Assembly (NCBI GenBank): GCA_035533215.1
Contig: DATLUG010000028.1
Location: forward strand, 7,680 to 71,679
Length of the DNA stretch: 64,000 nucleotides
Direction: 5' to 3'
From: Candidatus Micrarchaeia archaeon
GTDB taxonomy: Bacteria; Chloroflexota; Dormibacteria; Aeolococcales; Bog-877
Every line of letters begins with the position of its first letter. The stretch's first letter is position 1. Position numbers and translations under genes: made by a program. The notes under the pieces are model-generated. The model was not told where the DNA came from. It saw only the letters and a list, made by a program, of their open reading frames with translations, and searched no databases. Positions 27,938-37,675 of this stretch are shown here, piece by piece.

Positions 27938-30900
27938 CCGGCACCGACGCGCCCGCCGCGGCCCCGGGGGCCGCCGGCAGCGGCCCCGGGCGGCCCGCCG
28001 CCTGGCTCCCCGGTCTGCGCTGGGTTCTCGGCACCGTCGGCGTGGTCAGCCTGCTGGCCCTCGGGGTGCTCCGGGCCACCGGGCTGACCGCACTCCTCGG
28101 CGCCGCCGCCCTCGTCGCCCTCGCCTCCCTGGCGCTCGCCGCGCTGGCCCAGGCGGTGGAGGCGGCGTCCGCCCGGCGGGGCGGCTTCCCCACCGCCATG
28201 CGACGCCACCGGGCCAGCCAGGGGACGAGCGCCCGGGCCTGGCGCCTCACCGCCCTCGCCGTCGGGCTGCTGGCGGCAGCCGCCTGCCAGACCTGGTTCC
28301 GCGCGGGCACGGTCATCGCCAGCGGCGACCTCACCCCGCCCGACGGCACCGGCTGGATCGTCCATCTGTTCTCGCCGTGGGCCTGGTCCGGGTCCAACCT
28401 CGGCGGCCCCAGCGCGCTGGCGACCCAGCTCCCCTGGGCGGCGGTGCTGGCGGTGGTCCATCACCTGGGCGGCTCCGCCGCGATCGCCCAGCGGGTGTGG
28501 CTGACGCTCCTCTTCACCGGGGCCGCCCTGGCGGCGCTCGGCTGCCTGCGGGCGCTGGGGCTGCTCCCGGTCCCGGCCGCGGTGGGCGCCTTCGTCTACG
28601 TCCTCAACCCCTATGTGCTGACCGAGGTGGGCGTGAACTCCGTCTACCTGGCGGCGCTGCTGCTGCTGCCGCTGCTGGTGGGCCTGGTCGTCAGCGCCGC
28701 CACCGGACGCCGGCGGATCCGCACCACCGCGGTGTGGATGGCGGCGACCGCCCCCCTGCTCGGGGTCGCCGACCTGAACCCGCCCCTGGTCGGCATGCTC
28801 GGACTGGCGGTGCTGGGCGCGGCCGGGCTCGCCCCCTGGCTGGGGGGCCGGCGGGCCGGGGCGCGGGCGGTGCGGCTGCTGGCGCTGGCGATCCCCCTGA
28901 CCGTGGTCAGCTCCGCCTACTGGCTGGTGCCGACCCTGCTCCAGCTCACCGCCGTCCCCACCGCATCCCTCGCCGGGGTCGCCGCCTGGGCCTGGACCGA
29001 GGGGCGGGCGACCGTGGCCAACGCCTTCTGGCTGAACACCACCTGGGCCTGGCCGTATCCCGAGTACTTCCCCTTCGCCCCCGGCTACGCCGAGGTCCCG
29101 CTGGTGGTGCTGAAGTTCCTCCTGCCGGCCACAGGGTTCGCCGCCCTGCTGGGACCCCGCCTCCGGCCGGGGACCGACGCGCGCGAGGTCCGCCGCCTCC
29201 GGCTCACCGCCGCCGCCGCGCTGGCGGCGCTCCTCGTCATCCTGCTGAGCACCGGCACCCAGCCCCCCGGGGCCCTCCTCTTCGACGCCCTCTACCGGCT
29301 GCCGTACGGCTGGCTCCTGCGCGAGCCGGGCCGCTTCCTGATGGTGGTGGGGCTGGCCTACGGGGTGCTGGTGGGGGCGGCGGTGCAGGTGCTCCTGCGC
29401 AGCCGCGTCCTCAGCTCCTGGCGCCTGTCCCTCTCCGCCGGCCGGCTGCTCCCGCCCGCGGTCGGGCTGGTCGCCGCCGCCGTGACCGCCGCCATCCCCG
29501 GATTCCCGCTCCTTCTCGGCAGCGTGGTGCCGGACCAGCGGCCGGTCCTCCCCCCCGCCCACGTCCGGGTCCCCGGCTGGTGGTACGGGATGGCGGCCTA
29601 CCTCAACCGGGGCGCCCCCCAGGGACGGGTGCTGATGCTCCCCCCCGACGACTTCTACCAGATGCCGTACACCTGGGGCTACTACGGCACCGACGGCTTC
29701 ATCACCGACATGGTGAGCCGGCCGGTCCTGGACCCGACCGGCCAGGGGTACACGCCCGCCACCGCCGACCTGCAGCAGGCGGTGGTGGCGGTGGCGACGA
29801 GCCTCGTCGACCACCGCTGGCGCACCGCCCGATCGCTCCTCGCGGCGCTCGGCACCCAGCTGGTCCTGGTGAGGGGCGACGTCGCCTTCCGGTTCCCGGG
29901 CCGGGACATCATCTCCCCGGTCCGCCTCGACGCCGCCCTGGCGCGGGACCCCCTGATGACGCTGGCACACCGCGACGGCGCGCTCCGCCTCTACGCGGCC
30001 GCGGCGACCGCCCTCGGCCCCAGCGTCGCGGCCCATCTCGCGACCGTCGACACCCGCTCGCCCGACCTGCGGGTGCTGCCGGTCCTGGCCGCGGGCACCG
30101 CGGTCGTCACCCACCGGCCGATCCCGGGGGTGGTCTCGGTCCGGCAGCTGCCGCCGTACCGCGACTGGACGGTCCGGGGGCGCAGCCCCGAGCTCACCGT
30201 GGCGACCCAGCCGGGACGCCGATACCGGCTGTGGGGCCTGGCCGGCGGCGGCCCGGAGGCGATCCCTCGGACCTCGCGGTCCGGCCCCCGCCGGGCTCGC
30301 ACCACCCTCGCCGCCACCTGGTCGCCGCATCGGTCCGTGCTGCGGCTGACCGTGTCCGGCGGCCCCGAGCTCCTCCGCGACGGCGGCTTCGCCCGCGGCC
30401 CGTGGCAGCGCCGGGTGGGCAGCTGCACGACGGCTCCCGGCGCTGCCACGAAGGAGCTCGCCGGGAGGGTCATCCCCGGCGGCGGCCCGGGCGGCAGCCC
30501 GGCCCTCCAGCTGCGGGCGCCGCCCTCAGCCGGGACGGCCTGCGAGGCGCAGCGCTTCCCGTGGTCGGGAGGGCCGCTGTGGGTCCGCCTCTGGGTGCGC
30601 CACCAGCAGGGCCGCGCCCCCCGCATCTGCCTGTGGCAGTACGTCAGCCGCCAGTGCACCGCGATGCCCGCCCTCCCCGCCGGCGGGGGCTGGCGCCGCT
30701 ACAGCACGGTGGTGGCGCCGACACCGGGAAACCGGCTGGGGCTCTTCCTGTATGCGGACGGGGTGCCGGGACGGTCGGCGACGGTCGCCGAGTACGCCCT
30801 CGTGTCGGTGACGCCGGTGGCGGCCCCCTCGGTGCTGGACCTGGTCGGCACCCCGGTGGCCCGGCCCTCCGCCCACCCGTCGCTTCTGGTCCAGCCCCAG

Positions 30901-31128
30901 GCATACAGCCGCCGCTGGACCGGCCCGAGCGGGTCCCGCCACGTCCTGGTCGACGGCCTCGTCAACGGCTGGCTGGAGCGGGGCCGGCCCCGGCGGGGAC
31001 CGGTCGCGTACCCGGCGGCGCGCCTCGTCCGCCTGGGCCAGTCCGCTTCCGCCCTCTGCTGGCTGGCGATCGCGCTCGCCGCCGGGCTCGCATCGGCGTG
31101 GTCCCGAAGGGGAGGCCGGTGGGGCTGA
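27934..31128 (+). CDS. Large (~1064 aa) polytopic membrane protein with a C-terminal soluble domain; candidate GT-C-type polymerising or branching glycosyltransferase (AftD/DUF3367-like architecture)
   Basis: GTG at 27934 with a GTGA overlap on the GT4 stop. At least 12 TM helices in the first ~600 aa, then a large extracytoplasmic domain. Part of track ORF 27181..31128; the AftD-like assignment rests on size and topology only. Confidence 0.6.
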   Translation: MTGTDAPAAAPGAAGSGPGRPAAWLPGLRWVLGTVGVVSLLALGVLRATGLTALLGAAALVALASLALAALAQAVEAASARRGGFPTAMRRHRASQGTSARAWRLTALAVGLLAAAACQTWFRAGTVIASGDLTPPDGTGWIVHLFSPWAWSGSNLGGPSALATQLPWAAVLAVVHHLGGSAAIAQRVWLTLLFTGAALAALGCLRALGLLPVPAAVGAFVYVLNPYVLTEVGVNSVYLAALLLLPLLVGLVVSAATGRRRIRTTAVWMAATAPLLGVADLNPPLVGMLGLAVLGAAGLAPWLGGRRAGARAVRLLALAIPLTVVSSAYWLVPTLLQLTAVPTASLAGVAAWAWTEGRATVANAFWLNTTWAWPYPEYFPFAPGYAEVPLVVLKFLLPATGFAALLGPRLRPGTDAREVRRLRLTAAAALAALLVILLSTGTQPPGALLFDALYRLPYGWLLREPGRFLMVVGLAYGVLVGAAVQVLLRSRVLSSWRLSLSAGRLLPPAVGLVAAAVTAAIPGFPLLLGSVVPDQRPVLPPAHVRVPGWWYGMAAYLNRGAPQGRVLMLPPDDFYQMPYTWGYYGTDGFITDMVSRPVLDPTGQGYTPATADLQQAVVAVATSLVDHRWRTARSLLAALGTQLVLVRGDVAFRFPGRDIISPVRLDAALARDPLMTLAHRDGALRLYAAAATALGPSVAAHLATVDTRSPDLRVLPVLAAGTAVVTHRPIPGVVSVRQLPPYRDWTVRGRSPELTVATQPGRRYRLWGLAGGGPEAIPRTSRSGPRRARTTLAATWSPHRSVLRLTVSGGPELLRDGGFARGPWQRRVGSCTTAPGAATKELAGRVIPGGGPGGSPALQLRAPPSAGTACEAQRFPWSGGPLWVRLWVRHQQGRAPRICLWQYVSRQCTAMPALPAGGGWRRYSTVVAPTPGNRLGLFLYADGVPGRSATVAEYALVSVTPVAAPSVLDLVGTPVARPSAHPSLLVQPQAYSRRWTGPSGSRHVLVDGLVNGWLERGRPRRGPVAYPAARLVRLGQSASALCWLAIALAAGLASAWSRRGGRWG

Positions 31129-32159
31129 GCGGCACCGGCGGCCCCGGCGGGGCCGCCCCCGGCCCCCCGGCGGTGTCGGTCATCATCGTCAACTTCGAGG
31201 GCGGTGACGACCTGCTGCGCTGTCTCGCCTCGCTGGAGCGGCAGAGCGGCGTCGCCGAGGTGGTGCTGGTCGACAACGGCTCCGAGGACGGGTCGTGCCG
31301 GCGGGCGCTGGCGCTCCACCCAGCGGTGCGGGTGGTGGGTGAGGGCGCCAACCGCGGGTTCGCCGGCGGGGCCAACCTGGGCGCCGCCCACGCCCACCAC
31401 GACGTGCTGCTGTTCCTCAACCCCGACGTGCGGCTCGAGGACGGCTGCGTCGCCGAGCTGGCGCGGGCGCTGGTCGCCCCGGTCGCGGTGGCGGGGCCGG
31501 TCCTGGCGGTCGAATCCAGTGGTGCCCGTGAGCACGGCGGCACGATCAACCATCTCGGCATGCCGATGGCGATCGCCCAGGGGGCGATGCCGCTGTATGT
31601 CTCCGGCTGCGCGCTGGCCACCCTCCGTGACACCTTCGTCCGCCTCGGCGGCTTCGACCAGCGGTACTTCCTGTTCGTGGAGGACGTCGAGTACTGCTGG
31701 CGTGCCCTCAACGCGGGTGGCGACGTGGTGGTCGCCCCCGCGGCTGCCGCCTGGCACCGGGGCGGGGGTTCGGCCCCGGGCGGCTACCTCCGCCCCGGCC
31801 GCGCCTATGTCACCTCCGAGCTGCGGATCGCCCTGCGCGAGCGCAACACCGTCGCCATGATGCTCGCCTGCGCGCCGTGGTGGTGGCTGCCGGTCGTCAT
31901 CCCCGCCCTGGTGGTGCGCGCGCTCGGCCTGGCGGCGGTGTCGGTGGGGCTCCGCCGGCCCGCCCTGGCCCGCTCCCTGGTCGGCGGCCTGGGCTGGAAC
32001 GCTAGCCAGCTGCCGGCCAGCTGGGGCCGCCGCCGCACCTCCCCGCGGCTCCGGGCGGGGGAGCGGGCGGGCCGCCGGCGGGTGGTCAGGCGGGCGCTCC
32101 TGCTCCGGACCCTGCTGGCCCACGGCCTGCCCCGGATCGCGAGGGGGAGCGGGGGGTGA
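31119..32159 (+). CDS. Family 2 glycosyltransferase
   Basis: VSVIIVNFEGGDDLLRCLASLERQ...VVLVDNGSEDGS...NRGFAGGANLGA...LFLNPDVRL. Start is uncertain: GTG at 31119 (GGAGG 3 nt upstream) or GTG at 31173. Confidence 0.7.
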   Translation: MGLSGTGGPGGAAPGPPAVSVIIVNFEGGDDLLRCLASLERQSGVAEVVLVDNGSEDGSCRRALALHPAVRVVGEGANRGFAGGANLGAAHAHHDVLLFLNPDVRLEDGCVAELARALVAPVAVAGPVLAVESSGAREHGGTINHLGMPMAIAQGAMPLYVSGCALATLRDTFVRLGGFDQRYFLFVEDVEYCWRALNAGGDVVVAPAAAAWHRGGGSAPGGYLRPGRAYVTSELRIALRERNTVAMMLACAPWWWLPVVIPALVVRALGLAAVSVGLRRPALARSLVGGLGWNASQLPASWGRRRTSPRLRAGERAGRRRVVRRALLLRTLLAHGLPRIARGSGG

Positions 32160-32192
32160 CCGGCACCGGTCCCGGCGATCGCTCCGCTGCGG

Positions 32193-33287
32193 TCATCGCC
32201 CGGTGCCGGGCCGCTGCGACGACTCCAGGATCGCGGCCGGCACGCCCGCGCCGTGGGGCCGGGCCAGGGTGAGGGTCGCGGCCAGGGACTCGGAGCTGCC
32301 CCGGGCGGCTGGCACCGCGCCGGACAGGTGCCGGAGGGCCGACAGCGCCCACGGCGCCGCCGGCGAGGAGAGCAGGCGGTCGCGCCACTCGGCGGTCGGC
32401 GCGACCGGGCGCAGGTCCTCCCCCAAGAGCGGCGGCCGGACCGCCGTCGGTCGATCCTCCGGGCTGGTGCGCCGCGACCAGCGGGTGTACCGGCTGAAGT
32501 CCACCTGGTGGAGGTCGCAGCCGGCCCGACGGGCCGCCGACGCCAGTCCCGCTTCGCTGATCCAATGGGCGTGGACGGGCGGGGGGTCGGTCTGCCAGAC
32601 TGCCCGCCCGGGCCACACCGAGCGGTTCGGCGTCGACAGCACCAGCTGGCCCTGGGGCGCCAGCCATCCCGCCAGCCGGGTGAGGAACGCCACCGGGTCC
32701 TCGACGTGCTCGACGATCTCCAGCGCGACGATGAGGTCGGGGGCCACCGGCAGCTGCGATGCGGGTCGGCTGAGGTCGGTGACGGCGTACCAGGGCCCGA
32801 AGACCCTGGTCGCCTCCGCCACCGCCACCGCCGAGACGTCGACGCCGTGGCTGGCGATCCCCTCGGCCCGCAGGGCGGCGGTGAGGTAGCCGAGCCCGCT
32901 GCCCACCTCCACCACCTGCAGCTGCCGGCGCCGGGGATGGGTGCGCACCACCTCGCGCACCGCCCAGTACATGTCCTCGCAGCGCGCCAGCGCCAGCAGG
33001 GGACGGCGACCGCGCCGCACCAGGGTGGCGTACCGCGCGTAGCGGTGATAGCCGGGCAGCCGCTCCCGGGTGCGATAGATGGCGTCGTACAGGCCGGGGA
33101 TGGCGGGCGCTCCGCGGGCGGACTGCGATCGGCAGGCCCGGCACTCCCACACCCGGGCCTCGCCGCCGGACACGTATGCGGGGATGCGGCCACGGGGTTC
33201 CAGGCGGTCGCCGCCGCACAGGGCGCAGGCAGCGGGTGCGCCCCCGCCGAGGGTGGCGTCTTCGCTCCCGCCCTCGTTCCGGGGCAC
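32193..33287 (-). CDS. Class I SAM-dependent methyltransferase with an N-terminal C4 zinc ribbon
   Basis: CALCGGDRLEPRG...WECRACRS is the zinc ribbon. LQVVEVGSGLGYLTAALRAEGIASHGVDVS is SAM-binding motif I, and LIVALEIVEHVEDP is the motif II region. Confidence 0.75.
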   Translation of the reverse strand: MPRNEGGSEDATLGGGAPAACALCGGDRLEPRGRIPAYVSGGEARVWECRACRSQSARGAPAIPGLYDAIYRTRERLPGYHRYARYATLVRRGRRPLLALARCEDMYWAVREVVRTHPRRRQLQVVEVGSGLGYLTAALRAEGIASHGVDVSAVAVAEATRVFGPWYAVTDLSRPASQLPVAPDLIVALEIVEHVEDPVAFLTRLAGWLAPQGQLVLSTPNRSVWPGRAVWQTDPPPVHAHWISEAGLASAARRAGCDLHQVDFSRYTRWSRRTSPEDRPTAVRPPLLGEDLRPVAPTAEWRDRLLSSPAAPWALSALRHLSGAVPAARGSSESLAATLTLARPHGAGVPAAILESSQRPGTGR

Positions 33288-33832
33288 CGCGCGAGGGTAC
33301 CAGGCGGGTCGGGCGCCGGCCGGCGCGGCCGGACAGCCCGACGATCGAGGCAGGCGGCCCCACCCGAGGCGGCCCCGTCGGGCGGCCGTCCCAGGAGCGC
33401 CCCGGTGGGCACGCTGGGGAACCCGGTCGACCGCACGGTCCAGGACCCCCCGCTCCCAGCGCCAGCGGTGCGTCCGCCGGCGGATGCGGATTCCGGGGTG
33501 AGTCGCGGCATCGGGCCCAAGCAGTGGGCGGTTCGCTCGCGCGCAGGCGGAGCGGGCTCGCGGCGTCGCCGACCCGGCGCCGGGTCGACCGCTCCGGTCC
33601 GGCGGCCGGCCCGACCCGGATCCGCTGGAGGCCGACGGGAATCAAGCCTGCCGGCCCGGGCCGACGCCCGGGCGGGGTGGGCGCAGCGATCCCGGTCGGC
33701 GCCTCCACCGCCGGGGTCCGCCACGATCCCGAGGAGGCGATCGGCGCGTTCGTGCCGAGCCGCCGCCGGGTCGGCCCCGCCCTGGTGTCGGTGGCGGCAG
33801 CGTCGAGCGGCCCAGCGTCGCGTGGTCGAGGT

Positions 33833-34264
33833 TCACAGCACCGAGAAATGCTCACCGCTGGCTCGGGGCACGGACAGAAGGGACAGGGATCGATCGAAGG
33901 TGACGAAGCGCCCCTCGTGCGCCACCGCCAGCGCGAGCAGGTAGGCGTCGGTGACCTGGCGCGGGCCGTGCAGGTGCCCGCGGTCGACGATCCGCGGGTC
34001 GAGCAGGCTGATGTCGCAGGGCCAGAACTCGTGACGATCGCCGGCGCGCGCCCGCCCGAGCAGGTCGATCGCCTCAGCCGGCGAGACGGGGCTCGGGTAG
34101 CGGGGCTGGCTGACGACCCGCACGAAGCCGTTCTCGGTGATCGCGCACGAGGCCCAGCCCGCGTCGATCTCCCTGTCGAGCCAGGCGTGGGCCCGGACGT
34201 GGTCGACGTGATCGCTGTCGAGCAGCGCGAGGAGGACGTTGATGTCCAGCAGCGCCCGCCTCAA
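33833..34264 (-). CDS. vapC: Type II toxin VapC (PIN domain)
   Basis: MRRALLDINVLLALLDSDHVDH...AITENGF...RFVTFD has the PIN acidic residues. It has a 4-nt overlap with the upstream RHH gene. Confidence 0.8.
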   Translation of the reverse strand: MRRALLDINVLLALLDSDHVDHVRAHAWLDREIDAGWASCAITENGFVRVVSQPRYPSPVSPAEAIDLLGRARAGDRHEFWPCDISLLDPRIVDRGHLHGPRQVTDAYLLALAVAHEGRFVTFDRSLSLLSVPRASGEHFSVL

Positions 34265-34500
34265 TCGGGTTCGTCCTCCCGCAGCCGGTCGATCAGCGCG
34301 TTGGAGACGGCGGCGCCCCGGCGGGGGAGGGGCCGGAAGCCGTGGTGCGCCGTTCCCTCATCCCCGCAGCGAGCATGTTGGCCGGTCAGCGCCTGGCGGG
34401 CGAGATCGGACAGCACCTGCCCGGTCGGACGGCGCTCGCGCCGGGCCCGCTCCTGGACGGCGAGCAGCACGTCCTCGTCGAGATTGAGCGTGGTGCGCAT
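34261..34500 (-). CDS. vapB: RHH/CopG-type VapB antitoxin
   Basis: MRTTLNLDEDVLLAVQERARRERRPTGQVLSDLARQAL is a ribbon-helix-helix. Confidence 0.7.
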   Translation of the reverse strand: MRTTLNLDEDVLLAVQERARRERRPTGQVLSDLARQALTGQHARCGDEGTAHHGFRPLPRRGAAVSNALIDRLREDEPD

Positions 34501-34834
34501 GCACGTGATGCTAGCGCATCACCCGTCTCGCAGGCGGCGCCTCCGCGGGGACGACCGGGCCGGGAGCCCCGAACCTGGCGGGGGCCGCTCGCGACGATCC
34601 CGGTGCCCGGTCCGAGCGGCTCCACTCCGACCCGGTCCGGCGGCCGGTCCGGCTGAGGGCGGGCGAGATCGGCTCCCTCGGGTGTCCGCCGCCGTCCGGG
34701 GAGGCGCCGGCCGGCTCCATGCCTCTCCTGCGCCCGGACCCGCGCGGCTCCGGGGCCGGCCACCGGCGAGTCCGGCCCGTGCGATCATGGGGCGGGCCGC
34801 CGGGGGGCGTGCCGCGGCGCGGGGAGGTGGCGGC

Positions 34835-35614
34835 ATGGTCCGACGTTCCGGAGGGATCGACGCGCCGGCGGGGCGGGTCGCGGTCGTGACCGGGGCCGGC
34901 CAGGGGATCGGCGCGGCGACGGCGCACCGCCTCGCCGCCGCCGGTGACCGGGTGGCGGTGGCGGACCTGGTCGAGGAGCGCGCCGAGCGGGTGGCCGGGG
35001 CGATCCGGGCCGCCGGCGGGGCCGCCTGCGGGGTCGCCTGCGATGTCAGCGACGAGGTCCAGGTCAAAGCCCTCTTCGCGTCCGTCGACGAGCGGCTGGG
35101 GCCGGTCGAGGTGCTGGTCAGCAACGCCGGCATCACCCGCGACAATCTGCTCCACCGGCTCACCCTTACGGAGTGGCGCCAGGTGATGGACGTGCACTGC
35201 CAGGGCGCCTTCCTCTGCGCCCGGGCGGCGGCGGCGCGGATGGTCCCGCGCCGGCGCGGCAAGATGGTGTTCCTCTCCTCGACCTCGGCCAAGGGCAACC
35301 GCGGCCAGGCCAACTACGCGACCGCCAAGGCCGGGCTCCAGGGGCTGGCCCGGACCCTCGCCCAGGAGCTCGGGCCCTTCAACATCAACGTCAACGCGGT
35401 CGCGCCCGGTTTCGTCGAGACCCCGATGACCGACGCGGTGGCGGAGCGGCTCCACCTCCCCCTGGAGGAGTTCCACCGCCAGGTGCGGGAGCGGATCCCG
35501 CTGCGGCGGCTGGGCCGGCCAGAGGACGTCGCCGCGGTCATCCACTTCCTCTGCTCGGAGGCGGCCGCCTACGTCAGCGGGCAGGTGCTCACGGTGGACG
35601 GGGCCCGCGGCTGA
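34835..35614 (+). CDS. Short-chain dehydrogenase/reductase, FabG-like (3-oxoacyl-ACP reductase family)
   Basis: VAVVTGAGQGIGAATAHRLAAAG is the TGxxxGxG motif; NAG is present (VSNAGITRDN) and YATAK matches the catalytic YxxxK. ATG at 34835 with GGAGG 7 nt upstream. Lies within track ORF 33176..35614. Confidence 0.85.
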   Translation: MVRRSGGIDAPAGRVAVVTGAGQGIGAATAHRLAAAGDRVAVADLVEERAERVAGAIRAAGGAACGVACDVSDEVQVKALFASVDERLGPVEVLVSNAGITRDNLLHRLTLTEWRQVMDVHCQGAFLCARAAAARMVPRRRGKMVFLSSTSAKGNRGQANYATAKAGLQGLARTLAQELGPFNINVNAVAPGFVETPMTDAVAERLHLPLEEFHRQVRERIPLRRLGRPEDVAAVIHFLCSEAAAYVSGQVLTVDGARG

Positions 35615-35630
35615 GCGACCCGCGCTGTGG

Positions 35631-36452
35631 TCATCTCCGGGCCCAGCCGGGCGGCCGCCGCTCCAGGAACGCCGCCACCCCCTCCTGCGCCTCCGCCGAG
35701 CCGAACAGCTCGCCCGAGAGCTCCGCCATCTCGGCGAAGTCCGCCGCCATCGAGGCTCCGGGCTCCCGGTGGAGGATGCGCTTGGCCTGGCCGAGGGCCC
35801 GCGGGCCTCCCCGCCACAGCTCCTCGACCAGGTCGGCCACGGCCCGGTCCAGCTCCGCGGGCGGGGCCAGCCGGTGGACCAGCCCGATCGCGAGGGCGCG
35901 CGCAGCGCTCATCACGCCGCCGGTGAGGAACGCCTCGGCCGCGGCCGCCGGGGCCAGCTTGCGCAGGCACACCACCGACACCACCGCCGGGGCGACCCCC
36001 AGGTGGACCTCGCTGAAGGCGAAGGAGGCGGTGTCGGCGGCGACCGCCAGGTCCGCGGCCGCGACCAGGCCCATCCCGCCGCCGCGGACGTGGCCGCCCA
36101 CCCGCGCCACCACCGGGACCGGCGCGTCCCAGAGCGCCTGCAGCACCGGGACCAGGCCGGCGACGCCGGGGCCGCCCGCCCGGCGCTGCTCGCGCAGGTC
36201 GGCCCCGGAGCAGAAGCAGGGGCCGGTGTGGCCGAGGAGCAGCACCCGCAGGCCGGGGTGGGCGAGGGCGCGCTGGAGCCGGTCCCGGAGCGCCGCCACC
36301 AGCGCCTCCGAGAGCGCGTTGCGGGTGTCGGGGGCGTCGAGGACGATGGTGGCGACGCCCCGCTCGAACGCGAGGTGCACGGTGTCGGGCTTCGCCAAGG
36401 CGGTCCTCCGGTGGCGGTCGGCGGCGAGCGTCATCTTGCCGCCCGGCCCCAC
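35631..36452 (-). CDS. Enoyl-CoA hydratase/isomerase (crotonase) family protein
   Basis: ATIVLDAPDTRNALS...GHTGPCFCSGADL...ARVGGHVRGGGMGL has the crotonase oxyanion-hole motifs. An alternative start is ATG at 36434. Confidence 0.8.
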   Translation of the reverse strand: MGPGGKMTLAADRHRRTALAKPDTVHLAFERGVATIVLDAPDTRNALSEALVAALRDRLQRALAHPGLRVLLLGHTGPCFCSGADLREQRRAGGPGVAGLVPVLQALWDAPVPVVARVGGHVRGGGMGLVAAADLAVAADTASFAFSEVHLGVAPAVVSVVCLRKLAPAAAAEAFLTGGVMSAARALAIGLVHRLAPPAELDRAVADLVEELWRGGPRALGQAKRILHREPGASMAADFAEMAELSGELFGSAEAQEGVAAFLERRPPGWARR

Positions 36453-36472
36453 GATGGCGCACGATCGCGGGC

Positions 36473-37651
36473 GTGCTCCCGCCGCGGCGCCCGCCCCCTC
36501 CCGCCCGTTCGACCCAAACCGCCGGCCCAGGTGGGGTGGGCGGGATCCTGGCGGCGGTGGCGGCGGTGGCGGTGCTGGCGGTGGCGATCGCGGGCCTCGT
36601 GACCGGGACGGCGCGGGGGGGTCGCCGGCCGTCCCGGGCCAGGACCCTCGCGGTCGCCGCGGCGGCGCTCCGGCTGCAGGGGCCGAAGGCGCTCCCGCCG
36701 CCGCGGGGCGACCTGCTGCCGCCCGGGCCGCTGGCCGAGGCGCTGGCCGCGCTGCAGGCCGCCTATGTCGACGTGGTGCGCCGGGTGGAGCCGAGCGTGG
36801 TCCAGATCACCACCGCCGGCGACCTCGGCTCGGGGGTGATCCTCGACCGCCGCGGCGACATCGTGACCAACAACCACGTCGTGAACGGGGCCCACCGGGT
36901 GACCGTCACCCTCTCGGACGGCCGCACCCTCCCCGGGCGGGTGCTGGGCACCGACCGGCCCGACGACCTCGCCGTGGTCCGGATCCGCGCCACCGGGCTG
37001 CGGCCGGCGCGCTTCGCCGGCCGAGGCGAGGCCCAGGCGGGTGCCATCGTCCTGGCGGTGGGCAATCCCCTCGGCTTCCAGAGCAGCGTCAGCGTCGGCA
37101 TCGTGAGCGCGGTCGGTCGCAGCGTCACCGAGCCGGACGGGGTGACGCTGACCAACGCGGTGCAGACCAGCGCCGAGATCAACCCCGGCAACAGCGGCGG
37201 GGCGCTGGTCGACCTCGCCGGTCGGGTGGTGGGGGTCCCGACCCTGGTCGCCCTCAACCAGCAGCAGGGTGGGGTGGCCCCCGGGATCGGCTTCGCGGTG
37301 CCGAGCGCCACCGTCACCGCGGTCGCCCTGGCGATCGTGCGCCACGGCCGGGTGGGCGCCCCGCCGCCGGCGTTCGCCGGGCTGGTGCTGGGTGACATCG
37401 TGGACGCCGCCGGGGCTCCGGCCGGAGTGCTGGTCACCGACGTCCAGAAGGGGAGCGCGGCGGCCCGGGCCGGGGTGCGGCCGCAGGACATCGTGGTGGC
37501 GGTGGGCGGCCACCCCACCCTCACCGCCGGCCAGCTGGTGCGGGCGCTGGCCGCCCTCGGCCCCGGCCGCGCCGCCCGGGTCACCGTCCTCACCCCGGGG
37601 GGTCGGCGGCGGCGGCTCATCCTCCGCCAGCCCGCCGGGCGGCGCGGCTGA
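36473..37651 (+). CDS. HtrA/DegP-family trypsin-like serine protease with a PDZ domain (membrane-anchored)
   Basis: N-terminal TM helix. Catalytic motifs TNNHVV (His), DDLAVVRI (Asp) and GNSGGALVD (Ser), followed by a C-terminal PDZ. Confidence 0.85.
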   Translation: MLPPRRPPPPARSTQTAGPGGVGGILAAVAAVAVLAVAIAGLVTGTARGGRRPSRARTLAVAAAALRLQGPKALPPPRGDLLPPGPLAEALAALQAAYVDVVRRVEPSVVQITTAGDLGSGVILDRRGDIVTNNHVVNGAHRVTVTLSDGRTLPGRVLGTDRPDDLAVVRIRATGLRPARFAGRGEAQAGAIVLAVGNPLGFQSSVSVGIVSAVGRSVTEPDGVTLTNAVQTSAEINPGNSGGALVDLAGRVVGVPTLVALNQQQGGVAPGIGFAVPSATVTAVALAIVRHGRVGAPPPAFAGLVLGDIVDAAGAPAGVLVTDVQKGSAAARAGVRPQDIVVAVGGHPTLTAGQLVRALAALGPGRAARVTVLTPGGRRRRLILRQPAGRRG

Positions 37652-37675
37652 GCACGCCTCCCGCGCGCTCATCGT

